DNA from: an uncultured Actinomycetes bacterium
GTDB lineage: Bacteria > Actinomycetota > Thermoleophilia > Gaiellales > Gaiellaceae
NCBI GenBank assembly: GCA_963791895.1
Contig: CAWBTY010000013.1
Span: 61,274 to 125,273, forward strand
Length of the DNA: 64,000 nucleotides
Reading direction: 5' to 3'
Shown: piece after piece, positions 58,791 to 64,000 of the stretch
How the letters are laid out: each line of letters starts with the position of its first letter
Position numbering within the stretch: the stretch's first letter is position 1
The notes under the pieces: model-generated
The model's database searches: none
What the model saw: the letters and a program-made list of their open reading frames with translations, nothing else
What the model was told of the DNA's origin: nothing
Made by a program: the position numbers and the translations under genes

Positions 58791-59815
58791 GCGCCCTCAC
58801 CGGCGCGCTCCTCGTCGGCGGCGCCTCGAGCCGCTTCGGCTCGCCCAAGGCGCTCGCGCGGTACCGGGGCGAGACGCTCGCCGAACGCGGCTACCGACTC
58901 CTCGCCGAGAGCTGCGACGAGGTGCTCGTCGTCGGCAAGGCCGACGAGCTCGGTGCCCTCCGGTTTCCGGTCCTCGACGACGGGGCCGACTCCAGAGCGC
59001 CCGTACACGGGCTGACCGAGGCGCTACGGCAGGCGCGGCACGACGTCGTGGTCGCGCTCCCCGTCGACGTGCCGCTCGTCACACCGGCGGCGCTCCGCGC
59101 GCTCGGCGAGGCTCGTGCCGTGCCGAGCCCGAGGATCCCGCTGCCCGGGGCCTATCCCCGCGAGCTGCTCCCGGTCCTCGAAGAGCGACTCGCTCGGGGA
59201 GAGCTGTCGCTGCGCGACGTCAATCGGACGACGCTGGCCCTCCCCGAAGGGCTGCTCGTCGACGCCGACACGCCCGCGGACCTCGCGAGGCTCGAGCGAC
59301 CCGGTCACGCACTCGTCGTCGGCGGCACCGGGATGCTCGCAGGACTGACGAGGGCGCTCGCCGACCGCGGGCACGTCGTCAGCTCGGTGGCGCGCAAGCC
59401 GCGGGCGCCTGGGCCGAACGTCGTCTCGCTCGAGGTCGACTATCGCGATGAGGCGGGTTTCGGCCGGGCAATCGAGACTGCGGTGGAGGAGAGAGGCCCG
59501 ATCGAGCTCGCCGTCTGCTGGATCCACACGGACGCGCCGGAGGCACCGCGACTCGTCGCGGCGGCGCTCGCTCCGGGCGCGCGGCTCGTCCAGGTCTTCG
59601 GGACGCGGCGCTGGCCGCTCGGGGAGATCCCGCTCCACATCGCCTACCGTGAGGTGCTGCTCGGCTCGATCGGCGGACGCTGGCTGACGCACGAGGAGAT
59701 CTCGGCCGGTGTCCGAGAGGCGATCGACCGCGACCGGCCGCTCTCGATCGTGGGGGAGCGCCAAGACCTGGTGTCCGACTTCAAGTCGGACACCGCCCGG
59801 CGCGCGATAGATTGA
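58787..59815 (+). CDS. mobA: MobA-like guanylyltransferase fused to a Rossmann (SDR-like) domain
   Basis: LVGGASSRFGSPKA, PVDVP, DTPADL; then HALVVGGTGML...WLTHEEIS. Confidence 0.7.
   Translation: MSALTGALLVGGASSRFGSPKALARYRGETLAERGYRLLAESCDEVLVVGKADELGALRFPVLDDGADSRAPVHGLTEALRQARHDVVVALPVDVPLVTPAALRALGEARAVPSPRIPLPGAYPRELLPVLEERLARGELSLRDVNRTTLALPEGLLVDADTPADLARLERPGHALVVGGTGMLAGLTRALADRGHVVSSVARKPRAPGPNVVSLEVDYRDEAGFGRAIETAVEERGPIELAVCWIHTDAPEAPRLVAAALAPGARLVQVFGTRRWPLGEIPLHIAYREVLLGSIGGRWLTHEEISAGVREAIDRDRPLSIVGERQDLVSDFKSDTARRAID
59770..59794. repeat. REP-like palindrome inside the mobA 3' end
   Basis: Identical to 8958-8982; encodes VSDFKSDT. Confidence 0.9.
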
Positions 59816-59819
59816 CTGC

Positions 59820-61736
59820 ATGAGCCCCAAGCCGAAAGGCCGCCTCACCACGCCGCTCGTCCGTGACGGCGACGTGCTCCGGCCCGCCTCGTGGGACGAG
59901 GCGCTGGACACCGTCGCGGCGGGATTCGCGAGCGCGCGAGAGGCGGACGCATCCACCTCGTTCGGGATCTTCTCGTGCTCGAAGGCGACGAACGAGATGA
60001 ACTTCCTGGCGCAGAAGTTCGCGCGCCAGGTGATGCGTAGCAACAACATCGACTCGTGCAACCGCACCTGACACGCGCCTAGCGTCGTCGGTCTGGCGAC
60101 GGTGTTCGGAGCGGGCGGCGGCACCTCGTCGTACCGCGAGACCGAGGAGACGGACGTCGTCCTCCTCTGGGGCTCGAACGCCCGCGAGACGCACCCGATC
60201 TTCTTCCACCACCTGCTCGCCGGGGTCCGGAACGGCGCTCGCCTCGTCGTCATCGATCCGCGCCGCACCACGTCGGCGCAGTGGGCCGACCGCTGGCTCG
60301 GGCTGGACGTCGGCTCGGACATCGCCCTCTCGAACGCGATGGCACGGGAGATCATCGACGCGGGCCTGCACAACGCGCCGTTCGTCGAGCGCGCCACCGA
60401 GGGCTTCGACGCGTACGCCGCGTCGGTGGAGCCGTTCACGCTCGCCGAGGGCGAACGGCTGACGGGCGTTCCCGCGGAGGCGATTCGCGAGACCGCGCAC
60501 GCGTTCGCGAGCGCCGACCGGGCGATGATCTGCTGGACGCTCGGGATCACCGAGCACCACAACGCCGTCGACAACGTCCTCGCGCTCATCAACCTCGGGC
60601 TCCTCTGCGGCCACGTCGGACGCTACGGCTCGGGGCTCAACCCGCTGCGCGGGCAGAACAACGTCCAGGGCGGCGGCGACATGGGCGCGATCCCGAACAA
60701 GCTGCCCGGATTCCAGGATCTCGAGCTCGACGGAGATGCGCGCGCACGATTCGAGGCGGCCTGGGGGGTTCCGATCGCGCCCCGCTACGGCTGGCACCTG
60801 ACGCAGATGTTCGAGGCCATGGAGCGCGGCGAGCTCCGGACGCTTTACGTGATCGGCGAGAACCCGGCCCAGTCGGAGGCGGACGTCACGCATGCGCGAC
60901 GCCTCCTCTCCGAGCTCGACCTGCTCGTCGTGCAGGACATCGTCATGACGCGAACCGCGGAGATGGCCGACGTCGTGCTGCCCGGCACCGCGTCGTGGTG
61001 CGAGGCGGACGGGACGGTGACGAACAGCGAGCGGCGGGTGCAGCGCGTGCGCAAGGCGCTCGATCCGCCGGGCGAGGCGCGCGACGACACGTGGATCCTC
61101 GCCGAGCTCGCGCGACGGCTCGGGCACGACTGGGGCCACCCGACTGCCGAGGAGGCCTGGGACGAGCTCCGCTCGCTCTCGCCGATGCACCGGGGAATGG
61201 GCTACGACCGGCTCGAGGAGCTCGACGGGCTCCAGTGGCCCTGCCCGGACGACGAGCATCCAGGCTCGCTGTTCCTCCATGCACGCCTCTGGGCCGACCC
61301 GGTCGAGGGACCGCTCGCGCCGTTCAGCGTCGTCGAGGCGAAGCCGCCCTTCGAGGCGCTCGACGACGACTATCCGATCAGGCTCACGACCGGCCGCCGG
61401 CTCGAGTCGTTCAACACCGGCGCGCAGTCGAACCGCTACCGCTCGCCCCTGCATCGCGGCGAGTCGCTCGACGTCTCGCCCGAGGACGCCGACCGGCTCG
61501 AGCTCGCCGAGGGAGAGGTCGTGCGGGTGTCCTCACGGCGAGGCTCCGTCGAGGCGCCGGTCCGGATCGATCCCGCGCTCCGCGCCGGGCTCGCGTTCAT
61601 GACGTTCCACTTCCCGGACGAGGTCGACGTGAACCGGCTCACGATCGACGCCACCGACCCGAAGTCGGGGACGGCGGAGTTCAAGGCGGCGGCGATCCGG
61701 GTCGAGAAGCTCGCGCCCGTCGAAGCGGCGAGCTAG
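59820..61736 (+). CDS. selenocysteine-containing formate dehydrogenase catalytic subunit (UGA 60069-60071 = Sec)
   Basis: NNIDSCNRT-U-HAPSVVGL aligns with FdhF CARV-U-HGPSVAGL; the two track ORFs are in frame; PLRGQNNVQG, TNSERRVQ, LTTGR. Confidence 0.9.
60083..60101 (+). promoter_or_regulatory. bacterial SECIS element
   Basis: CGTCGTC-GGTCT-GGCGACG hairpin beginning 11 nt after UGA. Confidence 0.8.
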
Positions 61737-62720
61737 TCCTCGACGGCGAGCGGCGCCGGGATCGGCACGGGGCGCAGCCAGCGGCCGACCAGTGGCAGCG
61801 CGAGGAAGAGGCCACCGAGCCCGCCGACGGCGACGGCCGTCGCGGTCTCGACTGCGGCGAGCGCCATGCCCGCCGCCACGGGTACCCCGGCCGGCGCTCC
61901 GTGGGCGGCGAACGCGAACGCGAGTGCCCCGCCTGCCATCCCCGCCCCGCCGATCGAGATCGGCAGCATCGCGACGAGCTCGATCGCCGCGACTGCGAGA
62001 AGACCGGCCGTGAGCGGTTGCTCGACCCCGAAAGCGATCGCCAGCGCGGCGACCGCTGCGACGCGCGCCGCGATCGAGACTGCGGCCGCGAGCAAGACGG
62101 CGACGCCGGCCCGCGGCGCGGCAACAAGCGCTGAGAAGGCATCGAGCACGTGTGCGGCGCGCGCGTGGAACCGGGTCCGCGTGGCGACGATCGCGACGCC
62201 GACGCCGAGCAGCGCGACGGCGACGAGCACGGCAGCCGGCCACGCAGGCAGCACGCCCGTCGTCGAGGCGAGCGCGATCAGCGCGCCGAGCCAGAGCGAG
62301 CGGGCGAGCCCCGCGACCGCTGCGGCGCCTCCCGTCGTCCAGATCGCCCCCTCGCGTCTTCACGAGCCGTGAGAAGAGCGCGATTCTGAGCAGCCCGCCG
62401 ATCCTCGTCGGCAGGACCGCATTCGCGAGCGACCCGATGCCGTAACGGGCGATCGCATCAACCGGACCACACGGCACACGGCAGGCGGCGAGGGCGGCAC
62501 GCCACGCGAGCGCGCTCCCGGCGAGCGAGGTCGCGAGTAGCACGCCTGCTGCCGTCAGACCGAGCGGATCGGCGTCGGTGATCCCCTGGAGCCCGTCACG
62601 GAATCCGTCGCGGATCCCTGCCGCGAGTGCGACCTCGGGGAGCAGGAGGACGAGCAGGCAGAGGCTCGCGACCGGCAGCGTGAGCGCAGCGAAGTGACGG
62701 ATTCGTAGAGGTGATCCCAA
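61733..62720 (-). CDS. UPF0104/LPG synthase-like membrane protein; 1-nt frameshift near 62345
   Basis: AWRAAL, GSLANAVLPTRIGGLLR, LPISIGGAG; multiple TM helices. Confidence 0.65.
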
Positions 62721-62873
62721 ATGCTGTTCCCCCTCTCTGATACGACTCGCCGCCCGCGTGTCGGTTAGCGGCTTCCCGACAGTCTTGCCGATTTCCTTAC
62801 GGATCTCGCCCGCGTGGCGGCTAGGTTCACCTGGCCGGTGCGCTAGAACGTCAGCAATGCGTCTCCGTCCGCG

Positions 62874-64000
62874 ATGGATCTGAAGCTCGTCCCCCTCGCG
62901 GAGCCGACCGGGAGCGAGCGCGCTGGCGCTCGATCACGTGCTCGGGCAGGCGACCTCGGGCTGGGAGGGAGGCGCGCGCGCCGACGGGGTCGAGGGCAAC
63001 ACCGCTGCCGGGGGTCATGCAGCCCGGGCACGGCGACATCTCCTGCTGCCCGCCCTCTGGGCGCTGCAGGAGCGCGTCGGCTGGATCAGCCCAGGAGGTC
63101 TCAACGAGCTCTGCCGGCGGCTGACCGTGCCGCCGGCCGATGCCTACGGCGTCGCGACCTTCTACGCGCTCTTCGCGCTCGAGCCGCGGCCGCCGCGCGT
63201 CGTCCACGTGTGCGAGGACGTCGCGTGCAGGTGCCATGGCTCGGACGAGCTCGTCGCACAGGTCGAGGAGCGCTTCGGGCCGGAGGGTCGGCTCTCGGAC
63301 GACGGCTCGGCCACCTGGCACCGCAGCCCCTGCCTCGGGCAGTGCGACCGCGCCCCCGCGGCCCTCGTCTCCACGGCGGGTGAGGAGCCGCTCGACCGGG
63401 CGCAGGCGCCGACGAGCGCGGATGCGGTCCTCGGACTGCTCGCGGGCGCCGAGCCGGGACCTGCCCCATCGATCTCGATCCCCCAGGCGGCCGACCCGTC
63501 GCTCCGGCTCCTTCGGCGCGTCGGCGTCGTCGACCCGTCGAGCCTCGACGACTACCGAGCGCACGGCGGTTACGCCGCGCTCCGCCGCGCGCTCGAGTTG
63601 GGGCCCGACGGCGTGCTCCGCGAGGTCAAGGACTCGAAGCTCGTCGGCCGCGGGGGCGCCGCGTTCCCGACGGGCGTCAAGTGGGAGGCGGTCGCCCGCC
63701 AGCCTGCACGGCCGCACTACCTCGTCTGCAACGCCGACGAGTCCGAGCCGGGGACGTTCAAGGACCGCGAGCTGATGGAGGGCGACCCGTTCGCGGTGAT
63801 CGAGGCGATGACGATCGCGGCGTACGCGACCGGGTGCGAGCTGGGCTACGTCTACCTCCGCGGCGAGTATCCCGAGGCGCAGCACGCGCTCGAGCACGCG
63901 GTCGACGAGGCACGGTCGCACGGCTTCGTCGGCGAGGACGTGATGGGCCACGGCTTCTCGTTCGACGTCGAGCTCCGGCGAGGTGCCGGCGCGTACATCT
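62874..64000 (+). CDS. NuoE-NuoF fusion (NAD-linked FDH flavoprotein subunit), partial; 1-nt frameshift near 62925
   Basis: LLPALWALQ..GWI, GVATFY, VCEDVAC, PCLGQCDRAP, GRGGAAFPTG.KW, CNADESEPGTFKDR. Confidence 0.85.

Noticed and set aside
59820-60071. fdh as a pseudogene or two genes
   Set aside because: The UGA is at the Sec position and is followed by a SECIS

Overview
Very GC-rich bacterial chromosomal segment. Gene content, a Gram-positive-type LexA box and frequent leaderless starts suggest Actinomycetota, possibly Thermoleophilia/Gaiellales; this is inference. Most of it is housekeeping: xseAB, murI-rph-rdgB, pyrE/pyrF, HU, guaB-guaA, a TPP-riboswitch thiamine operon, rplM-rpsI, glmM-glmS, and an fdhD-mobA-formate dehydrogenase (selenocysteine) region running into a NuoE/F-like gene. 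No tRNA, rRNA, CRISPR array or transposase was seen. Two things stand out. (1) A candidate undescribed signalling or peptide-processing module at about 6.8-12.3 kb: cNMP-binding protein, ECF sigma factor, small protein, cyclodeaminase/cyclohydrolase-like protein, cytoplasmic S8 protease and GAF protein, facing a 52-aa (QLExG)n repeat peptide and an MFS-cNMP fusion. The same GGGAAGA-N14-TGCGTC ECF-type promoter motif precedes both the peptide gene and the protease operon. (2) Dense families of palindromic repeats with covarying stems (12 short hairpins, 6 multi-hairpin elements of about 110 bp) that also invade genes: three unrelated proteins end in EE[QR]VS[GD] using a stop inside the hairpin, and one gene carries an in-frame N-terminal insertion. 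Twelve frameshifts are each repaired by deleting one base and are treated as sequencing errors.
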